Of a stretch of DNA of 64,000 nucleotides, positions 1 to 10,705 are shown piece by piece. The stretch comes from an uncultured Acidimicrobiia bacterium (GTDB taxonomy: Bacteria > Acidobacteriota > Terriglobia > Versatilivoradales > Versatilivoraceae), in assembly GCA_963791795.1 (NCBI GenBank), contig CAWBTP010000002.1:19407-83406 (forward strand), in the 5' to 3' direction. Each line of letters opens with the position of its first letter. The stretch's first letter is position 1. The position numbers were made by a program, and so were the translations under genes. The notes beneath the pieces were generated by a model, which ran no database searches, was not told where the DNA came from, and saw nothing but the letters and a program-made list of their open reading frames with translations.

Positions 1-27
1 CCGCAAGGGGCGGCTGAAGAGGGTCAC

Positions 28-507
28 GTGGAGAAAGTTTTCGAAAGAGACGCCTTGATCCAAAGGATTCGGCAATTGAAACAGGCTGGACAACGGATCG
101 TTTTTACAAATGGGTGCTTCGACATCCTGCACCCTGGGCACATTCGCTTCCTGCAAGAAGCCCGAAAGCTGGGTGATACGTTGGTCGTCGGAGTAAACAG
201 CGATCGATCGGTTCGGGATCTAAAGGGACAGCAGCGCCCTATTCTTACAGAGCTTGAACGCTGCGAGCTTCTGTCGGGGCTGGAGAGCGTCAACTACGTC
301 ATTGTGTTTGATGAACCCACACCGTTAGGCCTCATTCAAGCAGTTCTGCCCCACGTCCTCGTCAAGGGTGGCGACTGGGGGCTCACCCAAATCGTCGGTC
401 GAGAGGAAGTCGAGGCCAACGGCGGAACGGTAACGTCTCTTCCTTATGAAAAGGGACAATCTACTTCCGGCATCATCGAGAGAATCCTCAGCCGGTATAG
501 ACCCTGA
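28..507 (+). CDS. rfaE2: D-glycero-beta-D-manno-heptose 1-phosphate adenylyltransferase (RfaE domain II)
   Basis: VFTNGCFDILHPGH (HxGH), GVNSDRSV and LVKGGDW motifs. Confidence 0.92.
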   Translation: MEKVFERDALIQRIRQLKQAGQRIVFTNGCFDILHPGHIRFLQEARKLGDTLVVGVNSDRSVRDLKGQQRPILTELERCELLSGLESVNYVIVFDEPTPLGLIQAVLPHVLVKGGDWGLTQIVGREEVEANGGTVTSLPYEKGQSTSGIIERILSRYRP

Positions 508-580
508 TCTTCTCAGCAAGCCGATGGACGAAGGCAGCCACTTCGCGATGTCGCAGAGGAAGCCGCTTCACAACTAGAGA

Positions 581-3500
581 ATGCTCACCCAACATATCTT
601 GGCGCAACTGCTTGAAGATCCCCGGTTGCGGCAGATTCCCCAGCAGCTTCAATTTGGTCAGCGGCACTTCATTCTCACCGGACTGACCCCTTCTGCTAAG
701 GCTGCTTATCTTGCGATTCTGCATCGGTTGTTGAACCAACCCATTCTTTATGTGGGCCTGGATAATGCCCGTCTCGACGAGTTTCGACAGGCCACCAGCT
801 TCTTTCATCGGATGCTTTCGGATAGGAACGATGAGTTCGTGGCCGTATTTCCAGGTCTTGAACCCGGTCCCTATAGTGGATTTTCACCCCACGCCGAAGT
901 GCTTGAGCAACGTGCTCTCACGCTTTGGAAACTCTTTCAGAACAGCGTGGACATCTTACTGGTCGCACCTGCAGCGTTGCTGACCCGAATGCCTGATGCT
1001 CAGGCTTCCTTCGGCGCGGTGCCTCAGGTCGCTGTCGGCGCTGAGCTGCCTCCGGAGGAACTCGCCCAGTTTCTACTGAGATCTGGTTACGTCAGGCAAG
1101 AGCCGGTATCAAGCGTAGGAGCCTTCTCAATCCGAGGTGGCATTCTGGACGTTTTCCCGCCCAATTCTGAGAATCCGCTGCGCATCGAGTTTTTTGGCGA
1201 TGAGATTGAGTCGTTGCGCGAATTCTCGGTGAAGTCGCAGCGATCCATCGGGCCCGTGCAGAAGCTCAGTCTGCCACCGATGCGAGAATTCCCGATCGAA
1301 CCGGAACAGCTCAGGCAGTGGAGCAAGTTTGCCGAACGCACCTTCCCTCCAGAGGAGTATGGCGAATTTCTGGGTAGCCAGGGTGTCCGTGCCCGAAACG
1401 GAGAAGCATTTCCGGGCTGCGAGTACTTGCTTCCCACAGTAGCTCCCTTATCGAAGACTCTCCTCGATTTCACGCCGGACTTTTTTCTAGTTGTTGACGA
1501 ACCTCAGGATCTGAACCGCTGGTTCGAAGGGTGGACAGCTAAGAACGAAAGAGATTTCAGCGAACAGCACTTGATGGGGATTCCCGCGTCCGCCCCATCT
1601 ACGTTGTTCCTCGAGGGCAGTGAGTTGGGGGCATCGCTGCATGAGCGCCGAATACTATTTCTGGACCAGTTGGGAGCGTCCGCTCTGTCGGCCGGCTTTT
1701 TGGCTCCGCAGAACCTCGAGCGCATTGCTACCGGTGAAGATTCGGAAGGTCAAGGCCCGCCTGGTGGCCATCGAACACCAGCACAGACCAGCACCAATTC
1801 GGATTTTGCGCGAGAGCTGTTTCGGGTTGAGTGCCAAACCCGGCCGGTGCGTAAGTACCATGGAAACCTAAAGGAATTGGTTCGTGACCTGGCGCAGTTA
1901 AGTCAACGACAGAGCCAAGTCATCTTTGTACAGTCCAGCCTCGGACGCGCCGAGCGTCTGTACGACATCCTTAGGGAATACGATGCCGCCTGCGTTGCCG
2001 ACTTCAAGCCTGAGGCCCGTGAGGCGACCCTTCTACGGCAAATTGAGCATCGACTTCCTACGATCGTAGTTGGTCAAGTGCTTGACGGGTTTCGAGGCGG
2101 AGGCTGGAAACCTAGTCTTGTTCGGTGACCATGATCTCTTTGATGAGAGTGAGTTGCTGGCGCGTCCCGCCAAGTCGAAAGCGAAGAGCGCTTCATTTAT
2201 TTCGGATTTTCGCGAACTCAAGCCCTTGGACTACGTGGTTCACATTGACCATGGAATTGGCCAGTTTCTGGGAGTGAAACACATGATGTCGGAGGGACTC
2301 GCTCGCGAGTTCATGGTCCTAAACTACTACGGAGATGCCAAGCTCTACGTTCCTCTGGAACGCCTGGACCTGATTCAGAAACACAGCAGCGGTGGTGGCG
2401 GTACCAAGCCCCAACTGGACAAGTTGGGCGGGACGACTTGGGTCAAAACCAAGGCCAGAGTTCGAAGGTCCATGCGTGACATGGCGGAGGAACTGCTAAA
2501 GCTTCACGCAGAAAGGCACATTTCCCCTGGGTTTGCGTTTTCACCGCCTGGCCACTGGCACGACGAGTTCGAAGAAGCCTTTGAGTATTCCGAGACCCCC
2601 GACCAGTTGACAGCCATCCAGGACGTCTATCGAGACATGGAGTCTGAGCGGCCTATGGATCGCTTGCTGTGCGGCGACGTCGGTTTCGGAAAAACCGAGG
2701 TTGCGATGCGGGCGGCCTTCAAGGCGGCCTTTGACGGCAAGCAGGTGGCACTCCTGGCACCCACCACGGTGCTGGTGTACCAGCACTATCTGCGGCTGAA
2801 ACAGCGATTTACAGCATTCCCGATGCAGGTGGAGATGTTGAGTCGCTTTCGAAACCCAAAGGAACAGGCTGAGATCAGTGCAAGACTTGCAGCCGGGAAG
2901 ATCGATATTTTGGTTGGCACGCACCGCTTGCTCTCAAAGGACGTCCAGTTCCGCGATTTGGGCTTGCTCATCGTGGACGAGGAGCAGCAATTTGGTGTCG
3001 TTCATAAAGAGCGTCTGAAGCAGCTGAAAAAGCGCGTGGACACCTTGACCATGACGGCGACCCCGATTCCAAGAACCCTACACATGTCGCTAATAGGGTT
3101 AAGGGACATGTCTGTAATTGAAACACCACCTCGCGATCGACTTGCTATACAGACAGTTGTAGTAGGGTTCAGCAAGTCAGTCATTCAAAGCGCGATAGAT
3201 CAGGAGTTGGCTCGGCAAGGCCAGGTCTACTTTGTGCACAACCGTGTCGAGTCGATCTACTCAGTCGCGTCGATGATTCAAAGAATCTGCCCAAGAGCAC
3301 GAGTCTTGGTGGCACACGGACAGATGGGTGAGAAGGAACTCGAGTCCACGATGCTCAAGTTTGTCCGCCATGAAGCCGATGTTTTGACATCTACTACAAT
3401 TATAGAAAATGGGCTGGACATTCCACTAGTCAACACCCTTGTCGTTAACCGCGCTGACCGCTTCGGCCTCGCCCAGCTGTATCAGTTGCGTGGCCGCGTC

Positions 3501-4208
3501 GGTCGGTCAAACCGCTTGGCCTATGCCTACTTGTTGACACCTCCGGACAAGGCGCTCTCTGGGGTCGCTAGACAACGCCTGGCCGCCCTTAAGGAATTTA
3601 GCGACTTGGGATCCGGCTTCAAGATCGCTGCACTGGATCTGGAATTGCGAGGGGCCGGAAACCTCCTCGGTGGCGAGCAGCATGGGCACATTGATGCCAT
3701 CGGTTTCGACCTCTATTGTCAGATGCTAGAGCGTACCATCGAAGAGATGAGGTCCGGCGCCGAGCTGCCCGAGGTGCAAACTCAGATCAACCTTCGCGTC
3801 ACCGTCAAAATTCCAGAAACCTACATTCCGGACGAAATCCAGCGACTTAGCACATACAAACGCATCTCCTCGCTGAAACTGGACTCAGAAATCGAGGATC
3901 TGCGGGGTGAATTGGAGGACCGTTACGGTACCCTTCCGACCGAAGTGGAAAGCCTGATGGACTATGTGCGCCTTAGACTGCTAGCAGAACGCGTCTTGGT
4001 GAAGTCGATCGACCGCGAACGCGACGGCATCGCCATCAAGTTTCATGAGAGCACGCCGGTTCAACCTCAAAAACTGGTTGAATTGGTCTCAGCTAGTGCC
4101 GGAGTTGTCCTCTCGCCGAACGGGGTGTTAAAGATTCAGTCGGGTGCATTGATGCCCAATGAGATCTTCCCTTCTCTACGCACGCTTCTCTTGGAGCTGG
4201 CGAGCTGA
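581..4208 (+). CDS. mfd: Transcription-repair coupling factor Mfd, split by one +1 frameshift at ~2087-2092 (probably a sequencing error)
   Basis: ORF 581-2128 has the UvrB-like module (GAFSIRGGILDVFPP...RIEFFGDEIESLREF). ORF 2070-4208 has the RID (VVHIDHGIG), GDVGFGKTEVA, DEEQ, QLRGRVGRS and TRCF tail. The frames differ by +1. Confidence 0.93.
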
Positions 4209-4369
4209 CGCCTTCTCTCAAGGGGCGTGCCTTGCACAGACCGCTACTTCGGTCTTAACATCTGCCTGGGTTTAAGCTATTCTTTTCCTTTCGTTATGGA
4301 TTGCTCTTTTTTTGACGAAACTTAAGGAGGGTTCGGCCACTGATGGAGGCCAACCCAAGGGTGCTGGTT

Positions 4370-5437
4370 ATGAAGAAAAAAAATGTCCTGTCAACCGTTC
4401 TCATTTGCCTAATGTGCACTTTGCCGGGTATGACCGCAAGGGCGGAGCAGGTTTTTGAAGAAATCATCGTCCGGGTAAATAATGACATCATCACCAGATC
4501 AGACTACGAAAAGACCAAAGACCTGGTTCGACGAGAGCTCCAGAAGAATTTGAAGGGACCCGAACTGGAGAAAGCGGTGTCTGAACAGGAAAAGGGTCTG
4601 CTGAAGACGATGATCGAAGATCAGTTGATGGTACAGAAGGCCGCCGATCTCAGCCTGAGCGCCGATACTGAGGTCATCAAGTACCTCGATCGAATTCGTC
4701 GCGATCAAAACATAGCCGACATGGAAACCCTGGAGAAAATGATGGTTCAGCAGGGGATCGATCCTGTTGAATTCAAACAGAACATCAAGAATCAGAGCCT
4801 GAAACAGCAACTGCTTGGGCGAGAAGTCTACTCGCGCGTTCAAATTTCCACCGAAGAAATCTCCAAGTACTACGAAGCTCACAAGCAGGAGTTTGACCGT
4901 CCCGAAGAGGTTCGAATTCGAGAAATTCTGATCTCCACAGAGCAAAAAGAGCCCTCCGAAATTCCGGCACTGGAAAAGAAAGCTCAGGAAATCCTGCAGA
5001 AAGCCCGAAGTGGCGAAAAGTTTGACGAGCTCGCCACCAAGAACTCGGACGGCAGCACAGCCAAAGAAGGCGGTGACTTGGGGTTCTTCCCTCGCGGCCA
5101 GATGGTGAAGGAGATCGAAGACGCCGCGTTCAAACTGCGACGGGGCCAGGTAAGTGACATCATCAAAACGAAATTTGGATTTGTCATCATCAAGGTCGAG
5201 GAGAAACACGAAGCGGGAATCCAGAAGATGGAAGTCGTTATGAACGACATCCGCGACCAACTTTTCGGCACCAAGGCCCAACCCGCGGTAGCGGAATACT
5301 TGGTGAAATTGCGGAAGCAGAGTTTCATTGAGGTGAAGCCTGGCTATGTCGACAGCGGTGCTGTGGCTTCAGCCTTGGGAGGCGAGACCAAGCAGGCAGC
5401 CCAGGTCGAGCCCGACAAGAAGGGAAAAAAGAAGTGA
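4370..5437 (+). CDS. SurA/PrsA-like exported peptidyl-prolyl isomerase (parvulin)
   Basis: Signal peptide MKKK..ARA, SurA N-domain (IIVRVNNDIIT), parvulin motifs GGDLGFF and TKFGFVIIK. Confidence 0.85.
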   Translation: MKKKNVLSTVLICLMCTLPGMTARAEQVFEEIIVRVNNDIITRSDYEKTKDLVRRELQKNLKGPELEKAVSEQEKGLLKTMIEDQLMVQKAADLSLSADTEVIKYLDRIRRDQNIADMETLEKMMVQQGIDPVEFKQNIKNQSLKQQLLGREVYSRVQISTEEISKYYEAHKQEFDRPEEVRIREILISTEQKEPSEIPALEKKAQEILQKARSGEKFDELATKNSDGSTAKEGGDLGFFPRGQMVKEIEDAAFKLRRGQVSDIIKTKFGFVIIKVEEKHEAGIQKMEVVMNDIRDQLFGTKAQPAVAEYLVKLRKQSFIEVKPGYVDSGAVASALGGETKQAAQVEPDKKGKKK

Positions 5438-5484
5438 ACCGCGCATCCGAATCGCCGTTGGAGGCATCCCGCGAGGTGCCTTCG

Positions 5485-5757
5485 ATGCGACTCGATCTGT
5501 TTCTGAAGTTTTCCCGAATCATCCCACGGCGCAGCCTGGCGCAAGAGATCTGCGACCACGGAGGCATTGCTGTTAATGGCTCAACCGCCAAGAGCTCCCG
5601 GTTGGTGCGCCCTGGAGACCTGATTCAATGGCGCCAGCGTCATAAGGTGACTACCGTGAGAGTAGCGCAGATTCCCAGGATCCGCCCTGGGAAATCCGAC
5701 GCGGCAGCCTTGTATCTAGCCGTAAGAACCGAAGATGCCCAGCGATCCCCAGAATAA
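5485..5757 (+). CDS. rqcP: S4-domain RNA-binding protein, RqcP/YabO (Hsp15-like)
   Basis: MRLDLFLKFSRIIPRRSLAQEIC..G.IAVNG..AK.S..VRPGD matches the YabO/RqcP pattern; short, with no long Hsp15 C-terminal helix. Confidence 0.7.
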   Translation: MRLDLFLKFSRIIPRRSLAQEICDHGGIAVNGSTAKSSRLVRPGDLIQWRQRHKVTTVRVAQIPRIRPGKSDAAALYLAVRTEDAQRSPE

Positions 5758-7396
5758 GGCCACAAGCCCTGACAGTAACGTTGTAGCTTTGCACCGCCCC
5801 GAGTTTGTGGCTTCGCTCGACAAGAAGCTGTCTGAAGCCCGTAGATTCTTCAGCCTTCATGACTACACCTCCTGTCTTGAATTGGTTCGGGAGGTGCTCG
5901 CTGCCGACCCGCAGAACGCCAAAGCCAAAGCGCTCCACGATCTTTCAGCGATCAAACTCTCGAAGCGAAAACTCTATAAAAAAATCGCGGGGACGCAACC
6001 CTCTCCTCCACCGTCCAACGGCTCCACCGTCACCAACACTTCATCGGCTCCCCCTGACTCCCCGAACACACGGGAGTCACTGGCGGAGAATTCAGGAGCT
6101 GAGCCCGACTCACAGTTTCCGCTACCCAATCCGCATTCCCGTGTTATCGAACCTCTACCTCGACGTCGTCGAGGCTTGCCGGAGTCTGACGGAGCGCCGC
6201 CGGACTCGATGAGGGAAAGAACCATTTCGGCGCTGGTCGACCTCCTGAAGAACACGGACGCCACGCTTCAAGACTGGAAGGGCGATTATCAGTCAAAGAC
6301 TGGCTCACCAACGCCGACGCCTGCTTCACTGTCGCCACACGAACCTGCGAAGCCAGCGACTGCAGAGAATGCTGCCGATTCGTCCTCAGGTATGCAGCGA
6401 TCACAACCCTCAGGTCAGCACCCAGCAGCACTGCCGGATGAACAACACGAGCGAGCAGTACTGAAAGCGAACCGTGACTTCCTGCCAGGATCCTTGGACG
6501 AGCTCTTCGAAGCGAAGCGTGAGAAGCCTGCAGTACTCCCCCAAGTCGAGCCACGACCGCCCGTGGTAGCGACCGGCAACACAGTCCAGAACGGTGTTCC
6601 CTCTCCCACGGCTTTGAGTTCCCCGCCAGAAAATCTGACAAAGATAGCAAAGCCACCTCAGGGACCACTTCCCACGGCGCCCATCGGGACACTCAAGAAG
6701 CCCGAGGTCACCTCACAGCCTCAGCCGCCGTTGTCTCAACCACCAACGGCCAAGAAAGACACTCTGAAAAAGCCCGTGAGCAGCTCTCCGGTCACACCGC
6801 CGCCCTCACTACCGTCTCCGGGAACACCGCGTGTTATCCAGCTTCCAGATATTCGCATTTTCGACCAGATTACGGCTCCTCGTCCTCCGGAGTATCAGAA
6901 GGAGGTCGAACGGAAGATTGAGCAACGGTCAGAGGAACTAAAGAATTCGGAGATCCAGGCAGGTGCTGTTGCGCAGATCAAGAAGTATCTGTATCAGGAA
7001 GAGTACGACCTGTGCGCGCACGATCTGGCGAAGATTCGAGACCAGTTTCCCCAGAATCCTGAGATTCAGGCATTCGTCGAGAACACTTCGAAGCGCCTAG
7101 TGGAGTTGCAGCGGATCAAGAAGTTTGAGGTTCAGGCCAAAGACCTCATGGCCTCTGCCGTTGCATTCTATCAGGAAGGAAAACGTGAAGAGGCGCTAAT
7201 CGCAGTCCGCGAGATCCTCCGAGTCAACCCCAACCACGTGCAGGCCAGGGAGTTTGTCAGTTTTGTCGAACGCCACCACGGAAAAGACAAGAAGAAACAG
7301 TCCACCATTCAGAAAGTGCGGGCCTGCCGGTCGTGTGGCAGCGAAGTCGACGCCGTCAGCCAATTCTGCTTCCACTGCGGGAAGCGTCTTGGTTGA
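5735..7396 (+). CDS. Hypothetical protein: TPR-like helices, long Pro/Ser-rich linker, TPR-like helices, C-terminal zinc ribbon
   Basis: EVLAADPQNAKAK and EILRVNPNHVQA repeats, C-terminal CRSC-x10-CFHCG; overlaps the upstream gene. Confidence 0.7.
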   Translation: MPSDPQNKATSPDSNVVALHRPEFVASLDKKLSEARRFFSLHDYTSCLELVREVLAADPQNAKAKALHDLSAIKLSKRKLYKKIAGTQPSPPPSNGSTVTNTSSAPPDSPNTRESLAENSGAEPDSQFPLPNPHSRVIEPLPRRRRGLPESDGAPPDSMRERTISALVDLLKNTDATLQDWKGDYQSKTGSPTPTPASLSPHEPAKPATAENAADSSSGMQRSQPSGQHPAALPDEQHERAVLKANRDFLPGSLDELFEAKREKPAVLPQVEPRPPVVATGNTVQNGVPSPTALSSPPENLTKIAKPPQGPLPTAPIGTLKKPEVTSQPQPPLSQPPTAKKDTLKKPVSSSPVTPPPSLPSPGTPRVIQLPDIRIFDQITAPRPPEYQKEVERKIEQRSEELKNSEIQAGAVAQIKKYLYQEEYDLCAHDLAKIRDQFPQNPEIQAFVENTSKRLVELQRIKKFEVQAKDLMASAVAFYQEGKREEALIAVREILRVNPNHVQAREFVSFVERHHGKDKKKQSTIQKVRACRSCGSEVDAVSQFCFHCGKRLG

Positions 7397-7455
7397 GAGA
7401 CTCTGATTCTTACGAAGCCTGCAGCAATCTGGATTCCGCTTGCTCCCGCTTCTCG

Positions 7456-9510
7456 TCAATATCCAGAACTGAAGTTGTGGTCGTAGCGCTGATCGACGGC
7501 CGCCTTGAGACTCATTGTTAACGAAATGTTCCCCGGCTTGCCTAGGAGGCGGTAAATCGATTGGGTCGGCTGATAGGCGTCGGGAATCCTGCCAAAGAAA
7601 ATCAGTCGTCGGGGCGCCAGCAAGGCCGCAGCTTCTGGAACGTCGGTATATCGAAGAATGTTCAAGAAGATCGGCCCTTCCCGATGGGAAAGCGTTGGCT
7701 CCATCAGCACCACCTGAGCAATGGATTCGTCGAGAATGGCCGCATAAAGTCCCAACATTCCAGAAACGCCTCGACCTAAAACGGAGATCCGTTGAGGATC
7801 CACATCCGGCTGCTGCTTAAGAGCTTCCACGGATCCCATAACGTCCCACAACCGCATGGAGTCCAGGCTTCTCCCGACGTGCATGGCGTTGCGCAGCACA
7901 TCCCGCTGCGCCGTTCGCCGCCAAGGGACCTCATCGATGCCGCGCGGGAACACAATCAACAATAGCTTTTCATCATTAAGGATCCGCACCAGGGTGCGGC
8001 GGATGGACTCGTCGTCTTCACCCTCGGAAGCTATGTAGACAACGGCCGGTGTTCGCGACGACCCGCGAGGATTTCGAATCAACCCACGAACACGGACACC
8101 TGGCTCGGAAACCAAAGTCCACTCCCGAAATCCCGCGTTTTCTCTGCCCAGAGTCGGTGGTTCAGGCTTCGGTGCACTCGCCGGGAAAGCGCGAAATACG
8201 CGCTTCTTCAGTTCATCGATCAACACCTGCCGGCGTGCCGTCCATGCCGCAGCGGTCTTGGGAACCTCAGGTGATGGGTTGGCCGTCAGCAACTCGTGCA
8301 CGCGAAAATTGAGTGCCTGAGGCGGTGGAGCTCCCGCAAACACAGCTAACTTTTCGGGTGATTCCGGGTCCGTTGTCAAATCGATTGGCCGCTCGGGCAC
8401 CTTCATCAAGAAGCGATCAAACCATTTGATCGCTTGCTCCCTCAAAAACTCTGAGTCCTTGTGCCCCGTATCCACCACCGTGTTCTTGAATTTCTCTCCA
8501 GCACCAAACGCACGATAGAGCGCACCAATCCTTACGTCAAACTCCTCATAACCCGGGACGGGGAACAAGGTATCCTGTTTTCCATGCATCATATGTAGCG
8601 GACGCGGAGCAATCAGTGCACCCTGAGTCATAAGATCGTGTTGGTAGGTATTGATGGGGAACATGCAGTCGCAGTGACCCCTCTGGGTGTTGGCAGCCAC
8701 GTTCGCAGCATAGGTGCTGTTGCCCATGACAGGGACGGCCACCTTCAGTCGCGAGTCCACAGCAGCGCCAAACCAGCTCATCGCTGCGCCACCCGACCGC
8801 CCGGTGATTCCAAACCGTGACTTGTCCACCTCAGGACGTGTTTCCAGATAATCGAGGGCGCGAATCACGTTCCAGACTTCCACGCCGGCAGGGGTGTAAC
8901 CTCGGGCGTACCAGTCGGGCATCTCCAGGTTGTGAACCCCATGATGAAGGGCAAAAGTTTCTGCAATCTGGATGGGATCAATGATCAGGCACGCATAGCC
9001 ATGCTTTGCAAAAGTAATCGCATGATGCTGGTACATCACTTTGCTGCCCTGCGGTGATACCGCATGCCCGCACACATAGATTACGGCTGGAACACGACTC
9101 GAGCGCTTCTTCGGCAGATAGAGATTCGCCGTCGCAAATACCTTGGGCATGCTCTCGAAAGCCAGCTTTTCAATCACATATTCAGCCTTGTCAATCACGC
9201 CGGTGATTTGTGCGTTCAAGGGCGTCCGAGGCGGCAACGGTTCTAGGCCCAGCATGTCGAGCAACTCCAGCCGTCGCTCCTCCTTCACTTTTTCCCAGGA
9301 CGCCTGTGTCTGAAACTCAGCGGCAGACTCGTTGGTCAGCTTCCGCGCCGTGCTGACGAGATATCGGTTCACCATTTCCTGACTCGCCAGCATTCGTTGC
9401 CAAGGAAGGCTGTCGGATTGGGCTTGCAAGACTGGCGTCCAGTGCAGAGCGATGCAGAGCAGCGCGATGATCTTCGCAGAGAGTGTCGGATGCAATGATT
9501 TGATCCTCAC
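7456..9510 (-). CDS. Secreted tandem alpha/beta hydrolase (acetylxylan esterase/CE15-like)
   Basis: Signal peptide, YVCGH, GRSGG nucleophile elbow, HCDC, second degenerate hydrolase domain. Confidence 0.75.
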   Translation of the reverse strand: MRIKSLHPTLSAKIIALLCIALHWTPVLQAQSDSLPWQRMLASQEMVNRYLVSTARKLTNESAAEFQTQASWEKVKEERRLELLDMLGLEPLPPRTPLNAQITGVIDKAEYVIEKLAFESMPKVFATANLYLPKKRSSRVPAVIYVCGHAVSPQGSKVMYQHHAITFAKHGYACLIIDPIQIAETFALHHGVHNLEMPDWYARGYTPAGVEVWNVIRALDYLETRPEVDKSRFGITGRSGGAAMSWFGAAVDSRLKVAVPVMGNSTYAANVAANTQRGHCDCMFPINTYQHDLMTQGALIAPRPLHMMHGKQDTLFPVPGYEEFDVRIGALYRAFGAGEKFKNTVVDTGHKDSEFLREQAIKWFDRFLMKVPERPIDLTTDPESPEKLAVFAGAPPPQALNFRVHELLTANPSPEVPKTAAAWTARRQVLIDELKKRVFRAFPASAPKPEPPTLGRENAGFREWTLVSEPGVRVRGLIRNPRGSSRTPAVVYIASEGEDDESIRRTLVRILNDEKLLLIVFPRGIDEVPWRRTAQRDVLRNAMHVGRSLDSMRLWDVMGSVEALKQQPDVDPQRISVLGRGVSGMLGLYAAILDESIAQVVLMEPTLSHREGPIFLNILRYTDVPEAAALLAPRRLIFFGRIPDAYQPTQSIYRLLGKPGNISLTMSLKAAVDQRYDHNFSSGY

Positions 9511-9524
9511 TTGAGAAAGGTTTT

Positions 9525-9573
9525 GAGTTCAAGCTTCAGCTTGCCCAAAAGAGACAGCCTGCAAGCTGAACTC
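9525..9573. repeat. REP-like imperfect palindrome
   Basis: gagttcaagcttcagcttg...caagctgaactc inverted arms between mutM and the hydrolase gene. Confidence 0.55.
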
Positions 9574-9583
9574 TAAGCTAACT

Positions 9584-10474
9584 TCACTTTCCCTTGGCAG
9601 GCTGGCAGAGTCGGCAGAAATGTGTTCCACGTTGGCCGACGACAATACGCACGATGGGAGTTTTGCAACGACGGCATGCTTCTCCTTCTCGGCCATAAAC
9701 TCGCAACGTTTCCTGGTTGGTGCCGGCTTCGCCTTCGGCGTTCATGTAGCTTCGGAAACTCGTTCCTCCGTGCTTCAAACCTCGTCGCAACACCCTCGGA
9801 ATGGCCTGAAAGAGACGATGCTTCTCTTCGGGCGACAGCGAGTGGGCGAGCCGCTCAGGATGGATGCCTGCTTCAAACAGCGCCTCGTCAGCGTAGATGT
9901 TTCCTACTCCGGCGACAAAACTTTGGTTCAACAGCAGAGATTTGATGCGAAGCTTCCGGCCTCGGAAGCGTTCCAGGAACTTCGGCTGCGTATAGCCTCT
10001 GTCGAATGGTTCCAGCCCGAGCTGCGAGAACTCGCGGGCTTCGTGGAAAGCATCTTTTCGGTACAGGCGCCATTTGCCGAACTGGCGGATGTCCCGGTAG
10101 TGCATGGCGTTCCCGTCCACGAAGTAGAGGCTTACATGGGTATGCTTGTCGACGGAGTGTTGACGGGCCTGCTGCAGGCCAGTGACGGTGACAAAGAACT
10201 TCTCGTCGTCTCTCTGGGTCTTGTCCCAATAGGTGAGCTGACCAGACATGCCGAGATGCACCAACAAGCAGTAGTCATCCAACCTGAAAACAAGAAACTT
10301 TCCTCGTCGCTGGATATCGCGAATCATCTGGCCGGCAAGTGCTTTCGCCATCGCGCGGGGAGCCGGCCGAAGAATGATGCGCTGGCAGCGGATGTCCACG
10401 TGCTCGATGCGCTTGTTGCAAACGCGGCCCAGCAGACCACGGCGAATCGTCTCGACTTCCGGAAGCTCTGGCAT
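9584..10474 (-). CDS. mutM: Formamidopyrimidine-DNA glycosylase
   Basis: N-terminal MPELPEVE, RRGKFL, HLGMSG, GVGNIYADE and a C-terminal zinc finger. Confidence 0.95.
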   Translation of the reverse strand: MPELPEVETIRRGLLGRVCNKRIEHVDIRCQRIILRPAPRAMAKALAGQMIRDIQRRGKFLVFRLDDYCLLVHLGMSGQLTYWDKTQRDDEKFFVTVTGLQQARQHSVDKHTHVSLYFVDGNAMHYRDIRQFGKWRLYRKDAFHEAREFSQLGLEPFDRGYTQPKFLERFRGRKLRIKSLLLNQSFVAGVGNIYADEALFEAGIHPERLAHSLSPEEKHRLFQAIPRVLRRGLKHGGTSFRSYMNAEGEAGTNQETLRVYGREGEACRRCKTPIVRIVVGQRGTHFCRLCQPAKGK

Positions 10475-10705
10475 AAAGCTGTTTCCACTAGCTGCGGTTG
10501 GATTATCAGACACAGCCGGCTCCAATGCAACACGGCGCTGAGAAGGGTAGTGCTCTGAAAGCGCGTTGGCGCACTATGTTAGGGGCGCGGTTGCGATATT
10601 GACAAAAGCAAGCGCGCCTCCAAAAGTCCCTGAAGTGCGGCGTGGCCGCCTCCAGCAGCCCGGGGCTATACTCTCCTGTCGAGCTATGCCAGAATACCTG
10701 GCGCA

